From Thalassavirus gary (taxonomy: Duplodnaviria; Heunggongvirae; Uroviricota; Caudoviricetes; Demerecviridae), in the IMG/VR virus record IMGVR_UViG_2974784677_000001: a stretch of DNA of 64,000 nucleotides; one strand, given 5' to 3'. How positions within the stretch are numbered: the first letter of the stretch is position 1; each line of letters begins with the position of its first letter. A program made the position numbers and the translations under genes. This document shows, in pieces, positions 53,521-62,572 of this stretch. The notes beneath the pieces are model-generated. The model did not search any database. It was not told the origin of the DNA and was given only the letters and a program-made list of their open reading frames with translations.

Positions 53521-54759
53521 ATGTTAAATAAAGATATGAATGGCAAGATGCTCTCTAAGGAGATGGCAGTTGCCCTAGGCAAAGCCAAACCTCTTCTTGA
53601 GCCTATCCGCCATCTATTACGTGCTAACCGCGCGGCCATCTTTGAAGCATCTCGTGCAATTATCAGTGTACCACGCAGTTACGGTACATACTGTGATTGG
53701 GCAGTACAAAAGCCTAGTAAGCATGGTTTCAAGTTCGATGCTAGATTCGACTTCTGGGCTGAGACTAAGAAAGGTATGGAAGGCGTGGCTTTCATCAACA
53801 ACTATGGTGAAGTGTTTATGCCTATATATCGAGATGGCTATGTAGTATATGCAGTACACCTAGCATCAGGTAGAAAACATGCACTGGACATAGAGCACCT
53901 AATGCCTCTGTTCCCACGCGCAGTGTGCCAAACACTAAACAAAGAACAGAAGCGTATGTTCAATGACTTCCAAGACCAAATCTCGAATGTCTGTGATGCT
54001 CGTACAGACTGGTTAAACGGAAAAGGTACTTATACTCAGGGTCAACTAGACCAAGATTACACAGGCAGCCTAACTCATTGTGAGCAGGAAGCAATTTCAG
54101 AATTGGATGATGATATGGGATATACAACTTGTGACTACGACAACTCTTGGGCAACTGTGGGTCGTCGCGGAATGGGTGGGGGTATTAAAGATAAGAAACC
54201 AAACCCTTGGGCAACTCGCACTCCGGAAGGTAAGCAGTTCATCACAAAAGAAATGCTTGAAAAAGCAATGGTAAAAGAATCAGTTCTAAACGCACAAACT
54301 ATTAAATCAGAAAAAGGTACAGAAGATATGACTAAAGCAACTCAAGTAAAAACTGGCATGATCAACGTAAACAAAGAAGCTCTTAAACAAGTAGGTTACT
54401 TAAATGCAGGTCGTGCTTCAAACAAACTAATCAAAGAATCGGTTCGTCCACTATTGAACGTAATGTTCAAACCAACCTTCATGCAAAAAATCGCTATGAA
54501 GCTATTCAAAATGGAAAACCCAGTGGACGTAGCACTAAAATCAGGTCTATCTGACTTGCTATGTGCTCAAATGGTTCAAGCAATCGTGGAAATCAAGGGC
54601 GTAGAAAACGAATACGTTCGTGAAGTAACTCAAGCAGGTATCACTCAAGCGGGTTACGAACTATCTAAGTCTATCCCATTCGAAGATGCTATCGACAAAG
54701 TGGTTGCAAACCTAGAGAAAGGTGCTGAAGGCATCGTGGCAAAAATCTCTAAAAAATAA
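53521..54759 (+). CDS. hypothetical protein (412 aa)
   Basis: long ORF after promoter; no recognisable motif. Confidence 0.45.
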   Translation: MLNKDMNGKMLSKEMAVALGKAKPLLEPIRHLLRANRAAIFEASRAIISVPRSYGTYCDWAVQKPSKHGFKFDARFDFWAETKKGMEGVAFINNYGEVFMPIYRDGYVVYAVHLASGRKHALDIEHLMPLFPRAVCQTLNKEQKRMFNDFQDQISNVCDARTDWLNGKGTYTQGQLDQDYTGSLTHCEQEAISELDDDMGYTTCDYDNSWATVGRRGMGGGIKDKKPNPWATRTPEGKQFITKEMLEKAMVKESVLNAQTIKSEKGTEDMTKATQVKTGMINVNKEALKQVGYLNAGRASNKLIKESVRPLLNVMFKPTFMQKIAMKLFKMENPVDVALKSGLSDLLCAQMVQAIVEIKGVENEYVREVTQAGITQAGYELSKSIPFEDAIDKVVANLEKGAEGIVAKISKK

Positions 54760-54823
54760 TTGCTAAAGCGGGTTAAAACCCGCTGTAATAACCTCATAAA
54801 TTGATAAACAAAGAGAGAAAATT

Positions 54824-55153
54824 ATGTTTAATAAACAAGAACGCAAAGAAATTCGTGGTGGTATTTTTCAGACTTTTGGCTTCTGGGTACTAATTGTCTG
54901 TCTATTCGGTGGCTTTGGCTTTATCGCTAACTCGGTAGGTCTTATTGGACAAACAGCAGTAGAACATGCCGTTATCAAAAACTCCTTCCAGTACAAAGAA
55001 GGTATGGAACAACAAGCAGCTATATGGGAATCAACTCTAGTAGAGCTAGAAGAACAGCGTATGCAATGCCAAGACGAAGCAGCATGTGCTAATATTGATG
55101 GTCAAATCCGTATGGTCAACGCTCGACTACGTGCAGTAACAATCAATAAATAA
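54824..55153 (+). CDS. small membrane protein
   Basis: TM helix IFQTFGFWVLIVCLFGGFGFI. Confidence 0.4.
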   Translation: MFNKQERKEIRGGIFQTFGFWVLIVCLFGGFGFIANSVGLIGQTAVEHAVIKNSFQYKEGMEQQAAIWESTLVELEEQRMQCQDEAACANIDGQIRMVNARLRAVTINK

Positions 55154-55157
55154 TTAA

Positions 55158-55186
55158 TTGCCAAATCACTGAAATTTCCGTATAAT
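55158..55186 (+). promoter_or_regulatory. early promoter TTGCCA-17-TATAAT
   Basis: leader AGTTATATAAATTGAGAAAAGAGAAGATTATG. Confidence 0.55.
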
Positions 55187-55197
55187 AGTTATATAAA

Positions 55198-55785
55198 TTG
55201 AGAAAAGAGAAGATTATGAATAAATTCGTACTAACAGCAATCACAGCGTCATTACTTTCAGCTCAAGCTTTTGCAGGTTGGGGTACTGATACCGCAGCAA
55301 CTATTGAGGCAAATGGTGTTAACCGCCAACAAAAACAATATGCTAAAGTTCAGCCAGTACCGTTCTACCAATGGTCACTAGAACGTGACTTAGTTATCCA
55401 GCTGTATAATACACGTAACCTAAAAGCAGCCACTCACGTAGTATGGCGTGGAGATACTTCTGTTATCGAAGGTGATTGTCCTGCAATTGGCTACGGTATT
55501 CCTTACGACACCAGCTTGACTAACCCACAAACAGCTACAGACGAAGATAACTACGGTGGCCGTAACAATGCGCTGTCAAGTATTGGTCAAGCAGAACCTA
55601 ATGGTGTTTACGCTTCAACCAATACATCAGCTACTTGGGTGATGTGTGTAAATGAACAAGGCTTGATTGAGCCAGTGTACGTTGAAGCAAAAGTTACTGG
55701 TTATCCTTACCCAGTTAACGTTGATTACAACACTAACCGTGTTACTAAAGCAGGTAGAGCATCAGTAACACTACGAGTTAAGTAA
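55198..55785 (+). CDS. secreted protein (signal peptide)
   Basis: signal FVLTAITASLLSAQAFA, 195 aa. Confidence 0.45.
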   Translation: MRKEKIMNKFVLTAITASLLSAQAFAGWGTDTAATIEANGVNRQQKQYAKVQPVPFYQWSLERDLVIQLYNTRNLKAATHVVWRGDTSVIEGDCPAIGYGIPYDTSLTNPQTATDEDNYGGRNNALSSIGQAEPNGVYASTNTSATWVMCVNEQGLIEPVYVEAKVTGYPYPVNVDYNTNRVTKAGRASVTLRVK

Positions 55786-55799
55786 TAACTGCATAATTG

Positions 55800-55820
55800 G
55801 CTACCTTCGGGTGGCTTTTT
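55800..55820 (+). terminator. rho-independent terminator
   Basis: GCTACC-TTCG-GGTGGC + TTTTT. Confidence 0.55.
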
Positions 55821-55841
55821 GCGTATATGTACACGTAACAC

Positions 55842-56264
55842 TTGGAGGATTTCATGAATTGGCGGAAAGACGCGGGTAAAATCTGTCGTGGTATTTGTTA
55901 TTTAGGTATATGTTTTTATTTTATGCTGGTAGGCACATATATACACGCAGTTACAGGTTCTGCTTTCTTAATGGGGGCCGCTATCTTCATTATAAACCTA
56001 CTATTCTGGCAAGCGATGGGCTATATCCAGAATAAAACAGATAAATTAAAAGAAGAACGCATAGAAGCCGAAACAGAAGCTATGCGGAAGCAAAATATTG
56101 CTGACCAACGGGCTTGGAATCACGTATCTTTAGTAATTTATATGATACTTGTAAGTAATATGTCTGAAAAACCTATTAACACATTTGAAACACTATCATT
56201 TAAGATGGGTTACAGAGACTTGCTAAAAGCTATAGCTAGAGGAGAAAGAGTATGGCGAATATAG
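55842..56264 (+). CDS. membrane protein
   Basis: two TM helices (ICYLGICFYFMLVGTYI; MGAAIFIINLLFWQAMGYI). Confidence 0.4.
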   Translation: MEDFMNWRKDAGKICRGICYLGICFYFMLVGTYIHAVTGSAFLMGAAIFIINLLFWQAMGYIQNKTDKLKEERIEAETEAMRKQNIADQRAWNHVSLVIYMILVSNMSEKPINTFETLSFKMGYRDLLKAIARGERVWRI

Positions 56265-56653
56265 ATAATTTTGCTAAAAAGTTCAGTCTATTGACAGAAG
56301 AAGAAAGAAAACAATTGCTTGATATAGTAAAACTTGATAAAATTAAGTCTGAATTTGAAAATCACAAAAACTCACTTTCAGAGAAAGGTTATCACCTTAG
56401 TTCACATTGTACGTCATACGAACAGTCACATTTTTCAAAGAATGTACTGAATGACGAGCCAATGTTACACGTTAAACTCGTTCGAAACGACTTAGGTGAG
56501 TGGAAGTGTGAAATCTCGCATATGATAGGGCTGATTAAAGTCACATCAGGAGAATTTTGCTATCCTCATGATGGATTTTCAAGAGTCTTTGAGAAACAGG
56601 TCTTAAATGTTGCTATGGCAACAGAGCACCTTCAGCCAGAGAGGTTACGATGA
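56252..56653 (+). CDS. hypothetical protein
   Basis: 133-aa ORF. Confidence 0.35.
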   Translation: MANIDNFAKKFSLLTEEERKQLLDIVKLDKIKSEFENHKNSLSEKGYHLSSHCTSYEQSHFSKNVLNDEPMLHVKLVRNDLGEWKCEISHMIGLIKVTSGEFCYPHDGFSRVFEKQVLNVAMATEHLQPERLR

Positions 56654-56756
56654 AGACACGAGCTATTTGGGCAACTATTCTAGGGCTGTTAGGCTTCGCA
56701 TTAACGGGAAGCCTGCTAGCAGGTATTATTAGTTCAATTATAGGAGCATTACTAGT

Positions 56757-57506
56757 ATGAGCGTAATTGATATTACAGATCGTCGCCATATTTACTTCGT
56801 TGGCGACCTTCATGGTGACTGGAAAGCACTAAAGTTTTTCCTAGACCAAGTAGAATTCAACTACAGAGACATTATTGTCTCTGTAGGGGACTTATTCGAC
56901 CGTGGTGAGAAGCCACTAGAAGTAATTAACTTCTTCCTATACACTGAGAACGCTTTAGCAGTTCTTGGCAACCACGAAGATATGGCAATCCAAGGTCTAG
57001 TGCATGGCGATAACCGTTGGGCTATGACTTGGATACAAAATGGCGGGGATTGGTTCTTAGACTATCCTGAAGGTATGATTAAAGGGATTCTCAAGCAGAT
57101 TGAGAAGGAGTTCCCGTACCAGCTAACATTGCGATACGAAAATACAAAATTTGGAGTAACACATGCAGAAGCACCAACAGAGCACTGGGATGACTATGTT
57201 CAAAGAGCAGGCAAATACCATCCTGACGACAATCGAGCAATCTGGGGACGCAGCGCCATCAAAGGTAATAGATTTACTAACATTCGTGGGGTGGACTTCA
57301 CTATTCACGGGCACAGTGTTCGTGACTCTGTTACTAACATCGGTAATCAAATGTGGATTGATACTGGCTCAGTATTTGATGGGGGCGACCGTAAATACGG
57401 ACTCACAGTAATGGAGTGGGACAAATCTGGTAAAGGTGGTTGGGTAAATCACCGTATAATCAGAAATCATTTTGAACGTGGTGGTCTAGAACATCTAATT
57501 ATCTAA
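56757..57506 (+). CDS. Ser/Thr protein phosphatase (PPP-family metallophosphatase)
   Basis: GDLHGD, GDLFDRG, GNHE signature motifs. Confidence 0.8.
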   Translation: MSVIDITDRRHIYFVGDLHGDWKALKFFLDQVEFNYRDIIVSVGDLFDRGEKPLEVINFFLYTENALAVLGNHEDMAIQGLVHGDNRWAMTWIQNGGDWFLDYPEGMIKGILKQIEKEFPYQLTLRYENTKFGVTHAEAPTEHWDDYVQRAGKYHPDDNRAIWGRSAIKGNRFTNIRGVDFTIHGHSVRDSVTNIGNQMWIDTGSVFDGGDRKYGLTVMEWDKSGKGGWVNHRIIRNHFERGGLEHLII

Positions 57507-57535
57507 TTGCTAAAACACGTTAAAAAGCGTATAAT
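57507..57535 (+). promoter_or_regulatory. early promoter TTGCTA-17-TATAAT with conserved leader
   Basis: AGTTACATAAAGTTGAGAATCGGAGATAGTCATTATG. Confidence 0.6.
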
Positions 57536-57569
57536 AGTTACATAAAGTTGAGAATCGGAGATAGTCATT

Positions 57570-57833
57570 ATGGTAGATTTTTGGGACAAACACCTTAACA
57601 AAGTGCAACAATTCGAAATCGTAGATTCAGTAGCAGGTACTTGTGAAACAGGTTGTGATGCTGAATACTGGCAAAAAGAATTTGGATTCAGCGATGAAGT
57701 ACGTGACGAGCTAGATTGGGACTTCCCTAGTCTAGCTGCTAAATTCGAGCTATTCCGCTGTGAAGACTGCATGTGGTGGGGCGACATGGGTGAAGTTGGC
57801 GAATGTAATGAATGTGGGGGAGATTTAGTATGA
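57570..57833 (+). CDS. small cysteine-rich protein (zinc-binding candidate)
   Basis: CETGCDAEYW ... CEDCMWWGD..CNECGG. Confidence 0.4.
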   Translation: MVDFWDKHLNKVQQFEIVDSVAGTCETGCDAEYWQKEFGFSDEVRDELDWDFPSLAAKFELFRCEDCMWWGDMGEVGECNECGGDLV

Positions 57834-58078
57834 ACGTAATTATTTTTAACGGAAACGTACTACCAGCAGATAGAGCCGCTCTGTTTGGTGACGAAGAGGT
57901 AGTGTTCGTAGCTCCTAGTGATGCCCGAGATCTACCTAGCCTGTTAGCTTTCCTAGGCATCTACAAGTCTACCTCTCAGGCTCGTCAGGCAGGTCGTAAA
58001 GGCAAAATCCCTACTGGCTGGACAGTGATGAAGGCTAGTAAGAAAGTTGAACTATTTATTTGGAATCCTACGGAGTAG
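57812..58078 (+). CDS. hypothetical protein
   Basis: 88-aa ORF. Confidence 0.35.
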   Translation: MWGRFSMNVIIFNGNVLPADRAALFGDEEVVFVAPSDARDLPSLLAFLGIYKSTSQARQAGRKGKIPTGWTVMKASKKVELFIWNPTE

Positions 58079-59010
58079 AAGATATGAAATTTAACGTACA
58101 AGATTTGATCGACCGTGGCTTGGTTAAAGCTAAAGAATACGACAATGGACTAAAAGTATTGAAGTACGACCGTAAGGTATTCTTCAAGAACTTGTGGCAT
58201 CTAGACGAACGCTTGCTTGAGTGTCGTGGTCGTGTGGTAGACGCTGACTGGAATGTGATTGTTAATCCATTCAAGAAAGTATTCAACTATGGTGAAAACG
58301 GTACTGGTAACGAACTACGTACTGACTGCCTGTACCGTGAAGTACACAAGCTTAATGGCTTCTTGGGCTGCGTGACTAACTCGTCTGAATATGGTATGTT
58401 GTACTCTACTACTGGTACACTGGATTCTACGTATGCACAGATGGTTAAAGATATGTTCGTACACCATACTCACCATGCAGATCTGCTTCACAAAGACTTT
58501 ACTATGATGTTTGAGGTGTGTCACCCAGATGACCCACACATTGTAGAAGAGCAAGTGGGTCTATATCTAATTGGTATCAGACACACTGGTGAAGGCGACG
58601 AGTGTGAAGAAGACCAGTTTACAGAAGCAGAGCTAGATAAAATGGCACGCTGGTTCGGTTGGAGTCGTCCAGAGCATCGTCTAGATACACTCGACAATAT
58701 CCTAGCACGAGCTAAAATGTCTAAAACAGAAGGTGTTATGGTGTGTTCAGCATTAAATGACGAGCACTTGTTTAAATACAAGACTCCACACTATCTGTCT
58801 AAAAAGCTGCTGATGCGTCTAGGTAAAGCTCGTGTGGAGCAGTTGTTTGACAACCCAGAGCAGTTTAAGAAGAACTTAAAGGATGAAGAGTTCTTTGGTT
58901 TTGTGGAATATGTTTCTTCTAATATCCCCCGCGATGTGTGGAAGACCATGAAAGATCAAGAACGACGTAACCTTATTGAGTGTTGGTTCGATAAAAACAA
59001 CGCTTTTTAA
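58060..59010 (+). CDS. ATP-dependent RNA/polynucleotide ligase (covalent nucleotidyltransferase superfamily, Rnl-like)
   Basis: motif I HKLNGF (KxNG), motif III FEVCH, motif IV TEGVMV, motif V LFKYKTP. Confidence 0.5.
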   Translation: MESYGVEDMKFNVQDLIDRGLVKAKEYDNGLKVLKYDRKVFFKNLWHLDERLLECRGRVVDADWNVIVNPFKKVFNYGENGTGNELRTDCLYREVHKLNGFLGCVTNSSEYGMLYSTTGTLDSTYAQMVKDMFVHHTHHADLLHKDFTMMFEVCHPDDPHIVEEQVGLYLIGIRHTGEGDECEEDQFTEAELDKMARWFGWSRPEHRLDTLDNILARAKMSKTEGVMVCSALNDEHLFKYKTPHYLSKKLLMRLGKARVEQLFDNPEQFKKNLKDEEFFGFVEYVSSNIPRDVWKTMKDQERRNLIECWFDKNNAF

Positions 59011-59030
59011 ATTGCCAAAGCAGGGATGCT
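59002..59030 (+). promoter_or_regulatory. early promoter TTGCCA-17-TATAAT
   Basis: inside the 3' end of the ligase gene; leader TAGAAATTGAGGAGATTGTTATG. Confidence 0.5.
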
Positions 59031-59065
59031 TTGATATAATATCTGTAGAAATTGAGGAGATTGTT

Positions 59066-59470
59066 ATGAAAAAACTATATTTGATTCGCGGTGTATCTGG
59101 TTCTGGCAAAACTACTCTAGCTAAAACAATGGAACAAGGTATGCTATACTCTCGTGCTGTTGCTGCTGATGACTACTTTATGGTAGAAGGCAAATATCTG
59201 TTTGATGTAAACAAGCTACATGCAGCACATCAATGGTGTCAAGACCAAGTTGATGGTCTTATGGTTTGCGAAATGCACCACATTATTGTGCATAACACCT
59301 TCACTACAGAAAAAGAAATGAAACCATACCTTAACCTAGCAGAAAAGTATGGTTATGAAGTAACAACTCTAGTGGTTGAAAATCGTCACGAATCGGAATC
59401 GGTACACGATGTACCAGAAGAAACTCTAACACGTCAGCATCAACGCCTACGTGCGAACATCCGTCTATAA
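59066..59470 (+). CDS. polynucleotide 5'-kinase (T4 Pnk kinase-domain-like P-loop protein)
   Basis: LIRGVSGSGKTTLAK Walker A; C-terminal VHDVPEETLTRQHQRLR resembles T4 Pnk VFDVPWTELVKRNSKR; start at MKKLYLIRG after RBS GAGGAG. Confidence 0.5.
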   Translation: MKKLYLIRGVSGSGKTTLAKTMEQGMLYSRAVAADDYFMVEGKYLFDVNKLHAAHQWCQDQVDGLMVCEMHHIIVHNTFTTEKEMKPYLNLAEKYGYEVTTLVVENRHESESVHDVPEETLTRQHQRLRANIRL

Positions 59471-59479
59471 GGAGATAAT

Positions 59480-60043
59480 ATGCGTCTACAGTTCGGAGCA
59501 AAACTAAATCCAGATGTGAATTATTTTATCACGTCTGACTTACACTTCTTTCATACTAACATTATGAAGTTCTGCCCAGAGACGCGTCCTTGGGCTGACC
59601 ATAATGAAATGACGGAAGCACTTATTGCACATTGGAACTCTATTGTGGGTGAAGATGATGTAGTGTTCCACCTTGGAGATTTTTCATTCGCAGGAATGGA
59701 GAAAACTCAGGCTGTCCTAGACCGATTGAATGGTACAATTGTATTTGTAATGGGCAACCACGACAAAACTGTTCGAAATCAGTTGAAGTCACCAAACAAG
59801 TTCGAATATCTCGAAGTTACTTATAATAAAATCAAAATCTGTATGTTCCACTATGCAATGCGTGTATGGAATATGCAACATCATGGTAGCATCCATTTCT
59901 ATGGTCACTCTCATGGGTCACTAGAAGGTACTGGACGCTCTATGGACGTGGGCTATGATGCTCATGGTCGAATCCTGCCGCTAGATTGGGCAGTAAAACG
60001 AATGCAGAAAATTCAAGACATCGAAACAGAGGATCATCACTAA
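59480..60043 (+). CDS. calcineurin-like metallophosphoesterase (candidate 2',3'/3'-phosphatase partner)
   Basis: DLHFFH, GDFSF, GNHD, GHSHG motifs. Confidence 0.6.
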   Translation: MRLQFGAKLNPDVNYFITSDLHFFHTNIMKFCPETRPWADHNEMTEALIAHWNSIVGEDDVVFHLGDFSFAGMEKTQAVLDRLNGTIVFVMGNHDKTVRNQLKSPNKFEYLEVTYNKIKICMFHYAMRVWNMQHHGSIHFYGHSHGSLEGTGRSMDVGYDAHGRILPLDWAVKRMQKIQDIETEDHH

Positions 60044-60627
60044 TGAAAAAGTTTCTAGTATTAATGGCGGCAGTACTATCTTTCAACGCATCTGCTGGTA
60101 GCTGTGCGCAGCAGGTAGGAAATATTAGTGGTCTAGATAAGGCTACTAAACAAACAATGATAATTCAGTGTGAGCAAGCAAAGCTAACAAGCATTAAAAA
60201 TGCTCCACAAGAAGTTGGTGAGATTTCGGATGCAACCGTCGAAAAGATGGATAAATGGTCAGAAATTTCCTTGAAGTTCGCGAAAGCGATTGGTGTGGCA
60301 GCTAAGGAAGTTGGTGTAGCCACTAACGAGTTCCTAGGGACTCCGGCTGGTAAGTTTACAGCAACTATTATAGCATGGAAGATATTTAATGGTACATCAT
60401 GGCTTGCTTTCTTTTTGATGCTAGCTATTACTACCATTATAATCCGAAGTTTCATTCGATTCGTACGCCATAGCGGGTACGAGGAAGTATCTGGTAAGCT
60501 CTTTAATTATAAGAGACCAACCAAGTATACATGGAAAGAAATGGGTGAGAACCAAGTTGGTATGTGCGTTCTAGCATATATTGTCTATATAGTAGTCGTA
60601 TTCTTTACAGCAGTTAATTTATTCTAA
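59986..60627 (+). CDS. membrane protein with signal peptide and C-terminal TM helices
   Basis: signal FLVLMAAVLSFNASA; TM WLAFFLMLAITTIII and LAYIVYIVVVFFTAV. Confidence 0.4.
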   Translation: MGSKTNAENSRHRNRGSSLMKKFLVLMAAVLSFNASAGSCAQQVGNISGLDKATKQTMIIQCEQAKLTSIKNAPQEVGEISDATVEKMDKWSEISLKFAKAIGVAAKEVGVATNEFLGTPAGKFTATIIAWKIFNGTSWLAFFLMLAITTIIIRSFIRFVRHSGYEEVSGKLFNYKRPTKYTWKEMGENQVGMCVLAYIVYIVVVFFTAVNLF

Positions 60628-61088
60628 TGATTAAATATATTGCAATACTATCAAGCCTAGTGCTAATGCTAGGCTTTGCTCACGATGCCCTTGCAACTGA
60701 AAAAGTTGAAGACCCCACTAAGATTGAAGTCTATGGCGGGGCTCTGTCGTATCACTTCGATACTGATAAAGACCTTAACAATGTAAACCCACTAGTCATT
60801 GCTACATATGACGATTGGGCTACAGGCTACTTCTATAATAGCTATAAAGAGAACTCCTTTATGGTAGGTAGAAACTTCTACCTAGAAAGACCTGATCGTT
60901 CTCCTGTAGTTATAGGGGTAATACTCGGAGCTGTAACGGGCTATAATAAAAATCAAGTACCTATGTGCTTTACAGATGGATTCTGTCCTATGGTAATGCC
61001 TTATATTCAATGGCATTATGGAAACTGGAAGCCAACCATAATCTTCGGCGGAGCATTTGTGTCTGCTGCTGTTGGGTACGAATTTTAA
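60627..61088 (+). CDS. outer-membrane beta-barrel protein candidate (PagL/OmpW-size)
   Basis: signal peptide ILSSLVLMLGFAHDALA, alternating amphipathic strands, C-terminal GYEF ending in Phe. Confidence 0.4.
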   Translation: MIKYIAILSSLVLMLGFAHDALATEKVEDPTKIEVYGGALSYHFDTDKDLNNVNPLVIATYDDWATGYFYNSYKENSFMVGRNFYLERPDRSPVVIGVILGAVTGYNKNQVPMCFTDGFCPMVMPYIQWHYGNWKPTIIFGGAFVSAAVGYEF

Positions 61089-61093
61089 ATCTT

Positions 61094-61117
61094 AGGTTGC
61101 TTCGGCAACCTTTTTTA
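61094..61117 (+). terminator. rho-independent terminator
   Basis: AGGTTGC-TTCG-GCAACCT + TTTTTT. Confidence 0.65.
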
Positions 61118-61125
61118 CGTATAAT
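61097..61125 (+). promoter_or_regulatory. early promoter TTGCTT-17-TATAAT overlapping the upstream terminator
   Basis: leader ATGTATAAATTAAAGAGAAGGAAACAATATG. Confidence 0.55.
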
Positions 61126-61155
61126 ATATGTATAAATTAAAGAGAAGGAAACAAT

Positions 61156-62028
61156 ATGTCAAATATTAGCATTATGTGTAACGGCGACAACCACCATTAC
61201 GAACTACAAGTAGACTTCACTAAATTCTCAGATGGAGCAGAAACTTGTACTATTCGCAAACCAAATGTAGACCTTACTAAGTCTAACTTCGTGGTCGTTA
61301 CTATTAACTTCCAAGACGTTACTCGTGATATTGTACGTCTACTCCTAGTGAAAGATGCGCTAGACAATATGCGTGCTGAAAACTGTATCAATTGGGGACG
61401 TATCTCACTAAACATGCCATATATCCCTAACGCCCGTGCTGACCGTAAGTTTGGTTTCGGTATGCCGCTACCTGTTAAGGTATTTGCTAACCTTATCAAT
61501 GCAATGAACTTCGATGAAGTAATGGTAGAAGACCCTCATTCAGATGTTAGTGTGGCACTTATCAACAACGCCACTGTGCTAGACCAATCAGCATTGGTTA
61601 GTATGATGGAACATCATATCGAAAGATACATGCCAGACTTCACTCTGTGTGCACCAGACCTAGGTGCTGCAAAGAAAATCTTTGATGTAGCGTTTGCTAT
61701 GGATAAGCGTGACTGGATTCAAGGTCTTAAAATCCGTGACGTACTTACAGGTGATATTGTTAAGTGTGACCTAGTGCAAGATGAAGTGCCTGAAAATGTT
61801 CTTATTGTAGACGACATTTCAGACGGTGGAGCATCATTCAAGTTCTTGGCTAAGAAACTAAAAGAGCGCGGAGCTAAGAAAGTAGGTCTATATGTTACTC
61901 ATGGTATCTTCTCTAAGGGTCTAGACCCAATCCGCGAAGATATTGATTATGTATTCGTACACAACTTCATTGGTGGCTACATCAATGCAGCAAACGTTCT
62001 AGCATTCAACGAAGGTAAGGATCAATAA
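61156..62028 (+). CDS. ribose-phosphate pyrophosphokinase (PRPP synthetase) family protein; candidate ADP-ribose pyrophosphokinase (Adps-like)
   Basis: VLIVDDISDGGASFKFLAKKLKERGAKKVGLYVTHGIFS closely parallels Prs [38 protein letters not shown]. Confidence 0.7.
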   Translation: MSNISIMCNGDNHHYELQVDFTKFSDGAETCTIRKPNVDLTKSNFVVVTINFQDVTRDIVRLLLVKDALDNMRAENCINWGRISLNMPYIPNARADRKFGFGMPLPVKVFANLINAMNFDEVMVEDPHSDVSVALINNATVLDQSALVSMMEHHIERYMPDFTLCAPDLGAAKKIFDVAFAMDKRDWIQGLKIRDVLTGDIVKCDLVQDEVPENVLIVDDISDGGASFKFLAKKLKERGAKKVGLYVTHGIFSKGLDPIREDIDYVFVHNFIGGYINAANVLAFNEGKDQ

Positions 62029-62504
62029 TGATTAAAGTAGTTCATGGTGATATGGTCAAACATCTACAATCAAAAGACCACCTAGATGCATATGCTCACC
62101 AATGTAACTGTTTCTGTAGAATGGGGAGAGGCATTGCGCCTCTTCTAGCTAAGGCAGTTCCTGGCCTTAGAAAAGCAGATGATATGACTGTTCCTGGTGA
62201 TAAGTCTAAGTTAGGTAGTGTATCTTTATCTGCACATCCTAACGGAGCAGTAGTATTTAATGTCTATGGTCAATATCATTGGCACGCACATAAAGTAGCA
62301 CCAGGCAGAAATACTGACTATGGTGCGCTTAGAAATGGACTAATTACAGTTATTGATCTAATGCAAGAGCATGATTTTAAGACTCTAGGTCTACCTTTGA
62401 TTGGCTGTGGGCTAGCAGGTGGCGATTGGGATAATGTTGTACTCCCAATGATTCACGAATTATTTAATGGATCGGGTGTTGACGTTACTATTTTTAAATT
62501 GTAA
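62028..62504 (+). CDS. macro-domain protein (ADP-ribose binding/processing)
   Basis: 158 aa; HQCNCFCRMGRGIA and GLPLIGCGLAGGDW resemble macro-domain Gly-rich loops; ATGA coupling to the Prs-like gene. Confidence 0.55.
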   Translation: MIKVVHGDMVKHLQSKDHLDAYAHQCNCFCRMGRGIAPLLAKAVPGLRKADDMTVPGDKSKLGSVSLSAHPNGAVVFNVYGQYHWHAHKVAPGRNTDYGALRNGLITVIDLMQEHDFKTLGLPLIGCGLAGGDWDNVVLPMIHELFNGSGVDVTIFKL

Positions 62505-62533
62505 TTGCTTAACTAACTAAAATCTCGTATAAT
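62505..62533 (+). promoter_or_regulatory. early promoter TTGCTT-17-TATAAT
   Basis: leader ACACATAAATTAAAGAAGACAACAAAGGAAATAATCTATG. Confidence 0.55.
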
Positions 62534-62572
62534 ATACACATAAATTAAAGAAGACAACAAAGGAAATAATCT

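Noticed and set aside
24138-62533. Possibility that the repeated roughly 60-nt elements are a CRISPR array or a MITE-like mobile repeat
   Set aside because: Copies are dispersed 1-5 kb apart, always upstream of genes, and have -35/-10 hexamers with 17-nt spacing and an RBS. They are promoters with leaders, not spacer-repeat arrays.
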